From Somniosus microcephalus (lineage: Eukaryota), in the NCBI GenBank assembly GCA_052327205.1, contig CM126203.1, positions 90,458,001 through 90,522,000 of the forward strand: DNA of 64,000 nt, written 5' to 3'. The notes under the pieces were generated by a model, which searched no databases, was not told where the DNA came from, and worked only from the letters and a program-made list of their open reading frames with translations. Position 1 is the first letter of the stretch. The number at the start of each line of letters is the position of its first letter. This document shows, piece by piece, positions 13,766 through 26,633 of the stretch. The position numbers were made by a program, and so were the translations under genes.

Positions 13766-16700
13766 ACATAGAAACATAGAAGATAGGAGCAGGAGTAGGC
13801 CATTCGGCCCCTCGAGCCTGCTCCACCATTCAATGCGATCATGGCTGATCATCCAAATTCAGTACCCGGTCCCTGCTTTCTCCCCATACCCCTTGATCCT
13901 TTTAGCCATAAGAAATATATCCAACTCCTTCTTGAATATATTTAACTAGCTGGGGAGCCCCGCGTTGCGAGGGCAATTTTGGGGCGCTTGGTCTCCCTGC
14001 CCCTGTGTGTCCCCCCTCTCCCTGTCATGTCCTCTCCCTGTCCTATCCCTCCCTCCCCTCCTCTCCCTCCCCTCCCCTCTCTCCCTCCCCTCCTCCCCCC
14101 ACCCCTCCCCTCGCCCACCCCCACCCCTCCCCTCTGGCCCCTCCCCCTGCCTAGCGCCGGCGCGGTTGGGTTCTGAGGCCGGGACGGACCGGAGCTGAGG
14201 TCCCCCGCGTATCGCGCGGCTGATGGACGGCCGCTGCGGTCAGTGCGGGCGGCGTATGCGCGGTCAGTGCGGGCGGCGCATGCGCGGTCAGTGCGGGCGG
14301 CGTGAGGCGGCCCGCGGGGAGCAGGCAAGGGCGGCTTGGCGGCCGTTAGCGAGCGGGAAACTTCGGGCGGCCCGCCCACGCTCCGTCCGCGACACCGTGA
14401 AACCTGAGAGGGGGAAGTAGAGAGAGACAGAGAGGGAAGAGGAGAAGGAGAGAGAGGGAAGAGGAGAAGGAGAGAAAGAGAGGGAAGTAAGAGAGAGAGA
14501 GAGAGAAATTTTTTGAGCTTCAGGCCCCGAGTCCCCCCTGCGCGAGGGTGAGGAGGAGGGGGGGGTTGCTAAACACAATATAAACCTCAAATAAATTGTT
14601 AATTAATTCCCTAACACATAATTCAAATATTTACCTTAATTCCCTAACACACTGAAAGTGTGGGGAAAAAATTGTGAAAAATCAAGATGGCGGCCACTCA
14701 CCTCGGTTCAGAAGGATAAGGCCCGCCCACACATGACCGGTCAGGTCACCGAAGCGTAGGATTGGTCAATCGTCGAGTCACTCGACACTCAACTGTAGGA
14801 AGGAACCCGCCGTCCGATTGGTCGACCTCGACGTCAAACAGTCGCTAATGAGATGCTAATGAGCGGAAGGCTGAACGTTTTTCGGATACCGCGGGCGCGG
14901 TTTTTGTCCGGCCAAAACGTAAATACGCCTATGACCGGTCCGGAATCGCAAGCTTTCTTTTGAGGCAACGCGCGCGTCGGTACGCTCTGTAACTTTCAAA
15001 CGTATAGAGAACAGACAGACAGACAGACATCGGGACAGACAGAAGAGCTCTTTTATATATATAGATGAATTGGCCTCTACTGCCTTCTGTGGTAGACAAT
15101 TCCACAGGTTCACCACTCTCTGGGTGAAGAAATTCCTCCTCATTTCTGTCCTAAATGGCTTACCCCTTATCCTTAGACTGTGACCCCTGGTTCTGGACTC
15201 CCCAACCATCGGGAACATCCTTCCTGCATCTAGTCTGTCCAGTCCTGTCTGAATTTTATAAGTTTCAATAAGATCCCCTCTCATTCTTCTAAACTCCAGT
15301 GAGTACAAGCCCAATCATCCCAATCTCTCCTCATATATCATTCCTGCCATCCCAGGTATCAGCCTGGTGAATCTTCGCTGAACTCCTTCCATGGCAAGAA
15401 CATCCTTCCTCAGATAAGGCGAACAAAACTGCACACAATACTCAAGATGTGGTCTCACCAAGGCCCTGTACAACTGCAGCAAGACATCCTTGTTCCTGTA
15501 CTCAAACCTTCTCACTACGAAGGCCAACATACCATTTGCCTTCTTAACCGCCTCCTGCACCTGCATGCTTAGCTTCAGCGACTGGTGCACAAGGACACCC
15601 AGGTCTTGTTGCACTTCCCCTTCTCCCAATCTATTGCCATTCAGATAATAATCTGCATTCCTGTTTTTGCCACCAAAGTGGATAACTTCACATTTATCCA
15701 CATTATATTGCATCTGCCATGCTTTTGCCCAATCATCCAACCTACCAAATCATCCTGGAGTTTCTCGGCATCCTCCTCACAGCACACACGCCCACCCAGC
15801 TCTGTGTCGTCTGCAAATTTGGAGATATTACATCTAGTTCCCTTGTCTAGATCATTAATATATATTGTGAACAGCTGGGGTCCAAGGACCGATCCCTGCG
15901 GTACCCCACTAGTCACTGCCTGCCACTCGGAAAAAGACCCGTTTATTCCAACTCTTTGCTTTCTGTCTGCCAACCAGTTCTCTATCCAAATCAATACCTT
16001 GCCCCAATCCCATGTGCCTTAACTTTACACACTAATCTCTTATGCGGGACCTTATTAAAAGCTTTCTGAAAGTCCAAATACACCACATCCACTGGTTCTC
16101 CCTTATCTATTTTACCAGTTACATCCTCAAAAAATTCCAGTAGATTAGTCAAGCACGATTTACCTTTTGTAAATCCATGTTGACTTTGTCCGATCCTGTC
16201 ACTGTTTTCCAAATGCTCTGCTATTACATCTTTTATAATGGACTCTAGCATTTTCCCCACTATCGATGTCAGGCTTACCAATGTGTAATTCCCCATTTTC
16301 TCTGTACCACCTTTTTTGAATCGTGGGGTAGCATTAGCTACCCTCCAATCAATGGGTACTGTTCCAGATTCCATCGAATGTTGGAAGATGATCAGCAATG
16401 CATCTACTATTTCTGGGGCCACTTCCTTAAGTACCCTAGGATGTAGAGTATCAGGCCCTGGGGATTTATCGGCCTTCAATCCCATCAATTTCCCTAACAC
16501 CATTTCCCTACAAATACTGATTTGTTTCAGTTCTTCCCTTTCATCAGACCCTATGTTCCCTGACATCTCTGGGAGGTTATTTGTGTCCTCCTTTGTGAAG
16601 ACAGAACCAAAATATGTATTTAATTGGTCTGCCATTTCTTTGTTCCCCATTATAAATTCCCCTGATTCTGACTGCAAGGGACCTACGCTTGACTTCACCA

Positions 16701-17935
16701 ATCTTTTTCTCTTCACATATCTATAAAAGCTTTTGCAGTCAGCTTTTATGTTACCTGCAAGCTTACTCTCATATTCAATTTTCCCTTTCTTAATTAATCC
16801 CTTTGTCCTCCTTTGTTGAATCCTAAACTGCTCCCAATCTTCAGGTTTACTGCTTTTTCTGGCCAATTTATATGTCCTCACCTTGGACCTTATGCTATCC
16901 CTAATTTCCCTTGTTAGCCACGGTTGAGTCACTTTTTTGTTTTATTTTTATGCCAAACTGGGATGAACAAATTCTGTAGTTCATCCATGCAGTCTTTGAA
17001 TGTTTGCCATTGCCTATCCACCGTCAACCCTTTGAGTGACATTCCCCAATCAATCCTACCCAACTCGCACCTCAGACCATCATAGTTTCCTTTATTTAAA
17101 TTCAGGACCCTAGTCTCTGAGTCAACAACTTCATTCTCCATCTTAATGAAGAATTCGATCATATTATGATCGCTCTGACCCAAGGGGCCTCGTGCAACAA
17201 GATTGCTAATTAATCCTTTCTCGTTACATAATACCCAGTCTAAGATTGCCTGATCTCTGGTTGGTTCCTCGACATATTGGTCCAGGAAACCATCCCGTAA
17301 ACACTCCAGGAATTCCTCCTCCACAGTATTGTTACTAATTTGGTTAGCCCAATCTATATGTAGATTAAAGTCACCCATGATGACTGCTGTGCCCTTATTG
17401 CACGCTTCTCTAGTTTCCCTTTTAATGCCATCCCCAACCTCCGCATTACTGTTTGGAGATCTATATACCACTCCCATTAATGTTTTCTGCCTCATGGTAT
17501 TGCTCAGTTCTACCCATACAGATTCCACATCATCAGAGCTAATATCCTTCCTTACAATTGTGTTAATCCCTTCTTTAACCAGTAATGCTACCCCACCTCC
17601 CATTCCTTTTTGCCTATCTTTCCTGAATATTGAATACCCCTGGATGTTGAGTTCCCAGTCTTGGCCACCCTGGAGCCATGTTTCCGTAATCCCAATCAAA
17701 TCATATTCGTTTACCTCTATTTGCGCAGCTAATTCATCCACCTTATTATGAATGCTCCTTGCATTAATACACAAGGCCTTCAGGCTTGTTTTTTTAATGC
17801 TCTTAGACCTATTAGAATTATTATTTACTGTGGCCATGTTTGATTTAAACCGTTTATTTCTCTGACTGCCACTTTTGTTTTTCTCCTTCCTATCTTTTGC
17901 TTTTATCCTTGTTTCCCTTTCCTCTGTCCCCCTGC
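13766..17935 (-). mobile_element. CR1-clade LINE (complete ORF2 span, disrupted), split by a Helitron
   Basis: ORFs 16929-17957 (APE), 15991-16932, 15641-15994, 15315-15740 and 14856-15314 (RT). The 3' end continues at 13766-13945 beyond the insertion. Same subfamily as 1-2950. Confidence 0.95.
13946..15065 (-). mobile_element. Non-autonomous Helitron (1120 bp)
   Basis: Minus strand starts TCTATATATATAAAAG and ends CTAG; imperfect GC hairpin GCCCTCGCAACGCGGGGC just before the end; inserted between A and T with no TSD, and removal restores the LINE sequence GAATATATTTAATGAATTGGCC; (CTGT)n near the 5' end. Confidence 0.9.
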
Positions 17936-18779
17936 AAATGGGTGGAGCATGAGCCAAGCAGCCTAACCAGTGGTCCTTAAAAGAGGCTGCTCACTAAAGA
18001 TAAACAAACTTTTTAATAGTTTCATTTCTGTGGAGCCAGAAGGAGCAGAAGTGCTGTTGGCGGAATCTAGATTCAGTTTGTTATAAGGTATAAAAGGTAG
18101 TACCAGACTAGCTTTACTCAGAGAATCTCTTATTTAAATTGCTATGTGATTATAGAAAAAAAATGAGTTGTTGGAAGCATGAATATTGCTGTTAGTTTGG
18201 TTTGGATCATATGCTTCTTGTTCCAAAGTCTCATAGCCCTATGTTGTGCTTTGGACATGCTGTGAGACTTTGGATCTTTACACTAGAATTATATATTCTC
18301 TTGTTCTATCCCAGCCTATACGTATCTGCACATTGCCTTTAAAAAAAATTCTTATGCATGTTGATTGGCTTAATCTTGTCTGAAGAGTTTGACAGTTACA
18401 ATCTTATACTTAAGTTTGTTATTGTTCCAAGAGTATTATTCTGCTTTATTTCAGGTGAATTTTATCTCTTTCTTTCTATTTTACATATCTTTCTGTATAT
18501 TTTGTTGGGGTTTACTGTTGCATGCTATTGCTATGTAACTCCAAAAGTTTCAAAAGCAAAACATGTTAACAAAAATGATTGGCCATAACATTGTTACCAT
18601 TCTTTTGGGTATATTTTCCTCTGCGTAATGCAAAAGAAAAATGCCTTGAAATTCCATGGGGGTTCTCTCAGTTTCCCATTGTAACTTTGGGAGACTGGGA
18701 GAACACCCACTGAATTTCTACGTCAAATTATTTTAGCAAACTATTATTAAAAACCAGAGATAATTAGTAAAAGCAATGT

Positions 18780-19400
18780 ACAATAGCAGAATACTGCGGA
18801 TGTTGGAAATCTGAAATAACAGAAAATGCTGGAACCTCTGGACTCAACATCGAGTTCAACAATTTCAGACTATAACCTCTGCCCCTATTTTTTCAGGCAG
18901 CTGTTGATGATTCTGTGTGGCGACACGCCACCACTGGACATAATCCGCTCACGGCGGCACAGACAGTCTAAGCAGAAGCCCCCAGCCGGGGGCCCTTTCC
19001 TCCTGCAACTTGTTTCCCGCAGGGACAGGCTGCCGGGAGCACTTCCTGTCTGGGAAGTATTTAAGTGGATGCGCGGGCTTTTCTAGTTCCTGTTTGTCAT
19101 GTGGTTGGAATAAAGCAGTTGTGTTTTCAATAGCTCTGGTCTCGACTCCCACGTTTGCCGCGGTATCTCAACATCTGCAACATTTCACCACTCCTGCCTT
19201 CCACCCTATCACAGACCGTCCCTTTTGTCCTTTCCTCCCCTCCCCCCGTTCCCTGCCCCTATACCTGCTTAAAATCTGTTACATCTCCAACATTTTCCAG
19301 TTCTAACGAAGGGTCACAGACATGAAACGTTAACTCTGTTTCTCTCTCCGCAGATGCTGCCTGGCCTGCTGAGTGGTTCCAGCATTTTCTGTTATTTCAG
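18780..19400 (+). mobile_element. Penelope-like element remnant with inverted terminal segment
   Basis: 18780-18833 is an inverted copy of the element's 3' end; GGACTCAACATCGAGTTCAACAATTTCAG (GLNIEFNNF) resembles a Penelope ORF C-terminus; mutated hammerhead core at 19299-19335; flanking repeat AGTAAAAGCAATGT / AGTAAAATCAATGT. Confidence 0.7.
18916..19173 (+). mobile_element. Solo LTR (258 bp) nested in the Penelope remnant
   Basis: TGTGG...AACA ends; 4-bp TSD TCTG (18912-18915, 19174-19177); TATA-like GTATTTAAG followed by AATAAA. Confidence 0.8.
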
Positions 19401-19993
19401 TAAAATCAATGTTTTGTTTACACAGAGGACAATTGTGTTAATATTCCAGCAATCATGCAATGAATGACAGAAAAGAAATAGAACAATTAAGGTGGATTTA
19501 CTTCAGTAGAACAGATCAGTATCATGGTGTCTCCAGCTGCACAGCTGTAAAGTTGGGAAGTGCTCATTACGACTCAGCAATTAAAATCATGACTGAAGAT
19601 CTTTCAGGCAAGGATCACATGCTAAGTAGACTTGTCACTAGTTTGAGGGCTAGAAAGGACTTCTTTGCTAAGTTTTACCATTTTTAACCTATATGTGCAA
19701 GAGCATACATGTTGTTCAATGTTAGAGGGTGGCCACCATTTCCAGACAGTGTTCTTCAAGGCATCACTGGGTTACTGACAGACCCCTCTGGAGATGCTCA
19801 ACAACAACAACTTGTATTTATATAGCACCTTTAACGTAGTAAAACGTCCCTTGGCGCTGCACAGGAGTATTTTAAGACAACAAATTTGACACCGAGCCAC
19901 ATAAGGAGAAATTAGGGCAGGTGACCAAAAGCTTGGTCAAAGAGGTAAGTTTTAAGGAGTGTCTTAAAGGAGGAAAGGGAGGCAGTGAGGCGG

Positions 19994-20253
19994 AGCAAAT
20001 AGAGATGGTATTTGCCGGTTCGATTATGATGCCTTAATAGCATGTTTGCAGGTATTGATTACTTATGCCTGACCAGCAGAGGTCATGTGACCGAGACAAG
20101 CAAGGCAGTTCAGTTTAGTTTCAGTTTCATTCTAGATGCATCACTAGCAGGGTGTCTCCTGAAATGCTGTATAAAGAGTTGAACAGACTTTAGATTAAAA
20201 CTCATTCTCTTTCATAAATGTCTCGTCATTGAACCCACAAAGAAATCAATACA
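19994..20253 (+). repeat. 5' LTR (lacks the first 12 bp)
   Basis: Matches 24501-24760 with 5 substitutions by manual alignment; ends TACA. Confidence 0.95.
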
Positions 20254-20267
20254 TGGTGTCAGAAGTG
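20254..20267 (+). other. Primer binding site, tRNA-Leu type
   Basis: TGGTGTCAGAAGTG directly after the LTR is complementary to the ...CACTTCTGACACCA 3' end of vertebrate tRNA-Leu. Confidence 0.8.
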
Positions 20268-20378
20268 ATTGAAAGAGATGAAGAGAAAAAATCCGAAGTT
20301 AAATCAGCTCTCCACAAATTAGCAAGCCAAAAGAGAACATCGTTGCTTACCATTGGAGAATAGCTAACGAAGTGAAAA

Positions 20379-23300
20379 ATGGAAGGTTTACACCCACCGG
20401 CGACGCTTCAGTTGACAGGTAATGTGGCTGAAAATTGGAGAAGGTTCAAACAACGTGTGGGGTTGTATTTATCAGCAATCGGAGCTGACGAGAAAAGTAA
20501 TGAAAGGAAATCGTCACTGTTCTTACATGTCGTGGGTGATGAAGCGCTGGAGGTGTATAATAACTTCACATTCGCTGCTAATGGAGACAAAATGAAGCTA
20601 GATAAAATAATGGAACATTTGAGGCCTACTGCATACCTAAATGTTACGTGACGTTTGAGAGGCACAGATTTTTCACATGTGTACAGAAAACGGGTGAGAC
20701 TATTGATCAGTATGTGACTGAACTGAGAAACAGAAGCAAATTGTGTGAATTTGGGGGGCTGACAGACTCGCTGATAAAAGACAGACTGGTGTGTGGTACT
20801 CCAGATAATGGTCTAAGGGAAAGACTGCTAAGAGAGCAAGATCTAGACCTGGGAAAAGCCATAGCACTGTGTAGGGCTACAGAGACTGTGAAGTCGCAAG
20901 CAAAAGAGCTGTTCAGTGATAGTAGCTGCATCGTGGATGCAGTGAGTAAGAACGGACACAAACCGGTTAACAAAAAGAGCGCCAATGTGAAAAAAGAGGC
21001 GTGGCCAGCGAACGAAAATGAAAGGGACAATCGAAAGTCATGTAGTCGATGCGGTACACAGCATCCACCAAGAAAGTGTCCAGCGTATGGTAAAACATGC
21101 AATAGTTGCAACAAAAACAACCATTATGCCCGTTGCTGCAAGAACCAAGTGCAACAAAGCAAGGTCCATGCAGTAGATGAAAGCGACATAGAGGAGTTCA
21201 ATGTAGATGTTGTGTCTGAAAACAAAAAAGAAGAAAGAGACTGGATGTTGACACTAAAAGTGAATGACATACACATTCCATTTAAATTGGATACTGGAGC
21301 ACAAGTTAATGTGATATCAGAGACTGATTTTAAGAAAATTAGACCCAGACCAAAGATACATGGAATAAAAGTGAAAGTGACAGGATACTCAGGTACTGAT
21401 ATACCAGTGAAAGGAAGATGCATTGTCAAAGTAACACACAAGGACAGAGAGCACGCGCTAGCATTAATCGTGGTGCCAAAGGATGTGCAAGCCATACTAG
21501 GTTTAAAAGCCTGTGAGAGACTGAACCTGGTAAAGAGAGTCCTCGTTGTGGAAAGCGAAGGAGAGACAGTCTATGGTGAACTCATGAAAGAGTACAACGA
21601 CCTATTTAAGGGTCTAGGCTGCCTGCCAGGAGAACACACGATCAGAGTAGATAAAAGTATGACACCGGTCATACATCCATGCAGAAAAGTCCCGTTTGCT
21701 CTTCAAAAGCAACTGAAGGCAGAGTTGGACAGGATGGAAAGCCTGAACGTGATTCGGAAGATAGATGAGCCAACTGAGTGGGTGAGTTCCCTCGTCGTAG
21801 TGGACAAAAAGAATGGAAAGCTCAGAATTTGCCTGGATCCAAGAGATCTAAACAGAGCAATAAAGAGAGAGCACTTCAAGCTTCCTACACATGAGGAAAT
21901 CATGGCACAGTTTGCAAATGCAAAGTATTTCAGCAAGTTAGATGCATCATCAGGATTTTGGCAGATGAAATTGGACGAAGCAAGTTCAAGACTGTGCACG
22001 TTCAACAGTCCATTTGGCAGATACAGATTCCTAAGGTTACCATTTGGCATTGCCTCAGCTCCTGAAGTGTATCACAAAACTATCCATATGATCTATGAGC
22101 ACCTGGAGGGAGTTGATACATCAATGGATGACATCATAGTATGGGGAACCACGAGAACTGAGCATGACGAGAGACTGAAAAAAGTGCTGGAAGCAACAAG
22201 GAAAACAAACCTGAAGCTGAATAGAGAGAAATGCCAGCTCGGGGTGACAGAACTGACATTCGTGGGAGATATCCTTAGCAGTGAGGGCATCAGACCAGAT
22301 CCCAGAAAGGTGTCCGCCATTGAGAATATGCCAAAGCCACAATGCAAAAAGGACGTGCAGAGGTTTAATGGAATGATCAACTACATGGCGAAATTCATAT
22401 CCAACCTCTCAGAAAAGATGGCGCCACTGAGAAGACTAACTGAAAAGAACATAGAATGGGAATGGAATCATGAGCATGAGAAGTCATGGAGCGATCTAAA
22501 GAAACTGCTCACAGAGGAACCAGTTCTGAGGTTTTATGACCCAGCGAGACCCATCAAGATATCATCAGATGCATCACAGAGTGGGCTCGGTGCCGTTCTT
22601 CTGCAACAATATGACTACTGGCAACCTATTGCATATGCATCGCGCTCAATGACAGACGCGGAGACGCGATATGCTCAAATAGAAAAGGAGCTGCTCAGCA
22701 TCACATACGCCTATGAAAGATTTCACCAGTTTGTGGCAGGACAAGCAATCAGTGTAGAGACTGACCATAAGCCCTTGATTGCATTGTTCCAAAAGCCACT
22801 AAATAGCTGTCCGCTTAGAATACAAAGAATGATGATCAGGCTGCAACGCTATACACTGAATGTTGCGTACACACCAGGTAAACTGATGTATACAGCAGAC
22901 ACGTTGTCCAGAGCTGTTGGCCCAAGTGAGCCCGCAAACACCACAATGGATGAAAAAGTGAACGCCTACGTGGACATGATCACAAGTGCACTGCCCATAG
23001 CAGATGTAAAAATGGAGCTCATAAAGACTGAGACAAACAAAGATGAAACAATGAGACGACTGAGAAAAAGCATCTTGGATGGATGGCCCAACATGAAGCA
23101 AGACTGCTCACCTGACATGGCAGAGTACTGGAACTGCAGGGCGGAACAATCAGTGGTCGAAGACATCATCTACAAAGGAAGTAAAATAGTTATCCCAAAG
23201 AGTCTGAGAAAAGATATGTTAAAAAAGATCCATGGAGGACATCTGGGAATCGAAAAGTGTAAGAAAAGAGCACGAGAGGTGATGTACTGGCCACGAATCA

Positions 23301-24271
23301 ACCAAGATGTGACAAATGAGGTGTCAAACTGCACAATATGCCTGAAATATCGAGCAAGCAATCCGGTAGAACCACTAAAGCCACACCCAGCGCCAGACAG
23401 ACCTTACCAGAAGGTAGGCGCTGATCTATTCGTATGTCAAGGGAAGGACTATCTTGTAGTCACAGACTATTACTCCCTGTATCCAGAGGTTTGTAGACTG
23501 TACACCATCACTGCAGATGCTGTGATAACATGTATGAAAGCCATATTCTCCAGACATGGCGTGGCAAGCGAGGTCTTCACAGACAACGGACCCCAGTTTT
23601 ACAATGCAAGTTTCTGACACTTTGCCAAAGAGTGGGACTTTGTCCACACAACGTCAAGTCCTCACTTTCCACAGTCCAATGGTCTAGTGGAAAAATCGGT
23701 CCAGACAGTGAAAAGACTGATGTACAAGGCAAAAGACAGTGGAACTGACTTCTACCAGAGCATGCTTGTATACCGCACAACGCCGCTCGAGTGTGGTATG
23801 TCACCAGCCCAACTCCTGATGGGACGTCGGCTAAGGTCAAACCAACCCATCCCGGAGAACCTCCTGAAAACAAAAGAGGGGGAGAAAGTGAGGAAGTTCA
23901 AAGAACAACAGAAAGAAAAGCAAAAGTACTACTATGACAGAGGAACACAAAACCTACCTGAACTCCACACTGGTGACCAAGTAAGGTTGAAAGACAAAAC
24001 AAACACATGGACTCAGAAGGGAACTGTCCTGAGTGAAGTTCAACCAAGATCATACACCATTCAGACAGATGAGGGTGCTGTTCTGAGAAGAAATCGTCGA
24101 GATCTTCTGATGGGACCAGCCACAGCAGGTCAAGAGACTGATACTGTTGAACAACCTGATCACACAGCTGAGAAACCATCATCTGAGTCAACAACACAGA
24201 TTCAAGGACAATCAATCAGAAAATCCTCAAGACACGTGAAGCCTCCTGAGAGACTCATTGAGCAAATTTAA
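20379..24271 (+). pseudogene. Gypsy gag-pol polyprotein with one frameshift and one premature stop
   Basis: Two CCHC knuckles, protease LDTGA, RT SMDD, RNase H DASQSGLGAVL, integrase HHCC and DNGPQF. One T is missing near 20618-20620; in-frame TGA at 23615-23617, with ORF 23687-24271 in the same frame. Confidence 0.93.
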
Positions 24272-24488
24272 GGACTATTGTTATAGAAGGAAGTAATGTT
24301 ATCTTATTCTTTCTTCAAGTTCTAGTGTATTTACATATTTCATGTGAACACACAAAGCAAGGTTAAAAAACCTTGATCATGATAATGATAATGTAAGTTC
24401 ATTAAGTGTTACAGTTAAAATGCAGATTAATACAAAGAAAACATGTTGTTAGTTAAAAGTAAAATACTTTTGTTTTAAGAAAGGGAGA

Positions 24489-24760
24489 TGTAATGATATC
24501 AGCAAATAGAGATGGTATTTGCCGGTTCAATTATGATGCCTTAATAGCATGTTTGCAGGTATTGATCACTTATGCCTGACCAGCAGAGGTCATGTGACCG
24601 AGACAAGCAAGGCAGTTCGGTTTAATTTCAGTTTCGTTCTAGATGCATCACTAGCAGGGTGTCTCCTGAAATGCTGTATAAAGAGTTGAACAGACTTTAG
24701 ATTAAAACTCATTCTCTTTCATAAATGTCTCGTCATTGAACCCACAAAGAAATCAATACA
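24489..24760 (+). repeat. 3' LTR (272 bp)
   Basis: TGTA...TACA termini directly after the polypurine tract. Confidence 0.95.
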
Positions 24761-26633
24761 GCGGAGAGGTTTAGGCAGGGAATTCCAGAGCTTAGGGCCT
24801 AGGCAACAGAAGGCACGGCCACCAATGGTTGAGCAATTATAATCAGGGATGCTCAAGAGGGCAGAATTAGAGGAGCGCAGATATGCTTCGATAATCATCT
24901 TTCCAAAAAGCTAACTGTTCCCATAAAATGAGAGAAGTGTTATCAAAATACAGAAATAAAAGGTATTGTGACTGCAGTCTTACTCTGGGTACCTTGCTGC
25001 TCTCTACAGTTGTTGTAAGTGAATACAGATTGCCATTTGACTACTTGAATGCAATAAAACATTAAGATCATCCCGTTTTTAACACGGGCACAGTCTTTGT
25101 AATGTGGAAGGAGCTGAACCAAAACAGTTGCATGTCTCTCCAATTACAATGTCACACCTAAGTGGCACGATGACATTTCAACCCAAATTACATAATTGTG
25201 CCAAGTGTTTTGCAGAGAAACAAAAACTACTTTTGAAAAAGTCCAAGCTCCTTTAAACCCCAGACTAAAAGATTAAAGAAACACTTTTAATTTTGTTCAA
25301 ACACTGACACCTGGCTGCAACTACATCCTACTTACACAAATACTTGTTCTTGAGAAGTTTGGATGCTCTTCTGATAGGCTTTCCCTGTGTTTGATTTTCA
25401 CACAATATTCATTTTCTGATATGGGCTACATTCACTTCTGTTTTGGCCAAGATGTGATATGACAGTTTTATAAACAGCCTTTGGAGGGACTCTTCCAAGA
25501 GCTATAAAGAGTTTGTGGTGAAAGGTAATCACTGTGGCCCTTCGCGTTAGCCCTGGGGTCACTCTTTCCTTGTTATGTGCTGTTAGTTATCAGCTGCATA
25601 TTTCCATTCGGTGTTGTAAAAGAGCATTACAAGGAGCTGACAGATCAGATATATACCCTTTTTTTATGAGCACCTCCAATATATAAACATATAGGGGGTC
25701 AAATGAAGGCATCAAAAGAATATAAAAATAAATTAACAACTAGGATATAATGACTCAAAGATAATAAAACTATAATAATGTACAGAAACCTGATTCCTTA
25801 TAACTTGATCAGCCCAAAGACGGAGATTGAACACTGCCAGTTGCATTGCTTTTAGTCTGAAGCCAATTTAAATTTGTATCAGGCAGGGCTACAATATTTG
25901 CTTCAGGCACATGAATGCACTATCTGCAGACCAGATCTTATTTTTGAATAAGGTTGCAGGATCCAAACCAAAAACAAACAGATGCTTCTGGCCATTTCCC
26001 ATTTCAGTAATCCTTTACTTGGCCACATTATTAACTATCTTCCAGCATTTATGACAAGTAGCAAGGAATGTGTAAGAGCTATTCTACACTCATTCATCAA
26101 TATTAAAATGATCTGCTTAACTGATACTGCCGCTGCTTATGTAACACCACACTTTATAGCTTCAATCATTTGCTGACTTTATGCCTCTCCTTTCCCCCTC
26201 CTCACCCCCACCCCCCAACTTTACTCCTTTTTGAATAGAAGGGCTCACAGGGTTTTACTAACACTCTGTGTTACACCAAGATAAACACCACAAGACCAGG
26301 TAAAGGTATTACGTTTCTTTTGAGTCGGAAAGTTCATTGTTTTTTGTGGCAAATTTGAAGGCCAGAAAAAAAATGAAGAAAATCAAAAAGGATTTTATCC
26401 ACATACAATTGTGGCTTATGTGACTTGAGTTATGAAATGTCTAATAAGGTTCTTAGATCTCTTAGCATTAGCTCTCAAAGTTGCATTTGCTAAGAAATGT
26501 CAAAAAATATTCATTTTAGTCCTTATTCATCTTCTAATCCTTGAACCAAATATGTAAATCATGAAAATTCAGAGTCAGTGGTGCTTACTGGGCTGTGTAC
26601 AAAGAATCCTCTACAGGTAATTTTAAACATACT

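Larger units (their letters stand above)
19994..24760 (+). mobile_element. Ty3/Gypsy LTR retrotransposon (probably Mag-like), near full length
   Basis: Paired LTRs, PBS, gag-PR-RT-RNaseH-IN order, polypurine tract AAAGGGAGA at 24480-24488, 4-bp TSD GCGG (19990-19993, 24761-24764). Confidence 0.97.
19801..24882 (-). mobile_element. L2-clade LINE 3' fragment interrupted by the Gypsy element
   Basis: 19801-19993 and 24761-24882 join into one sequence homologous to 10381-10800; (CAA)n tail. Confidence 0.8.
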
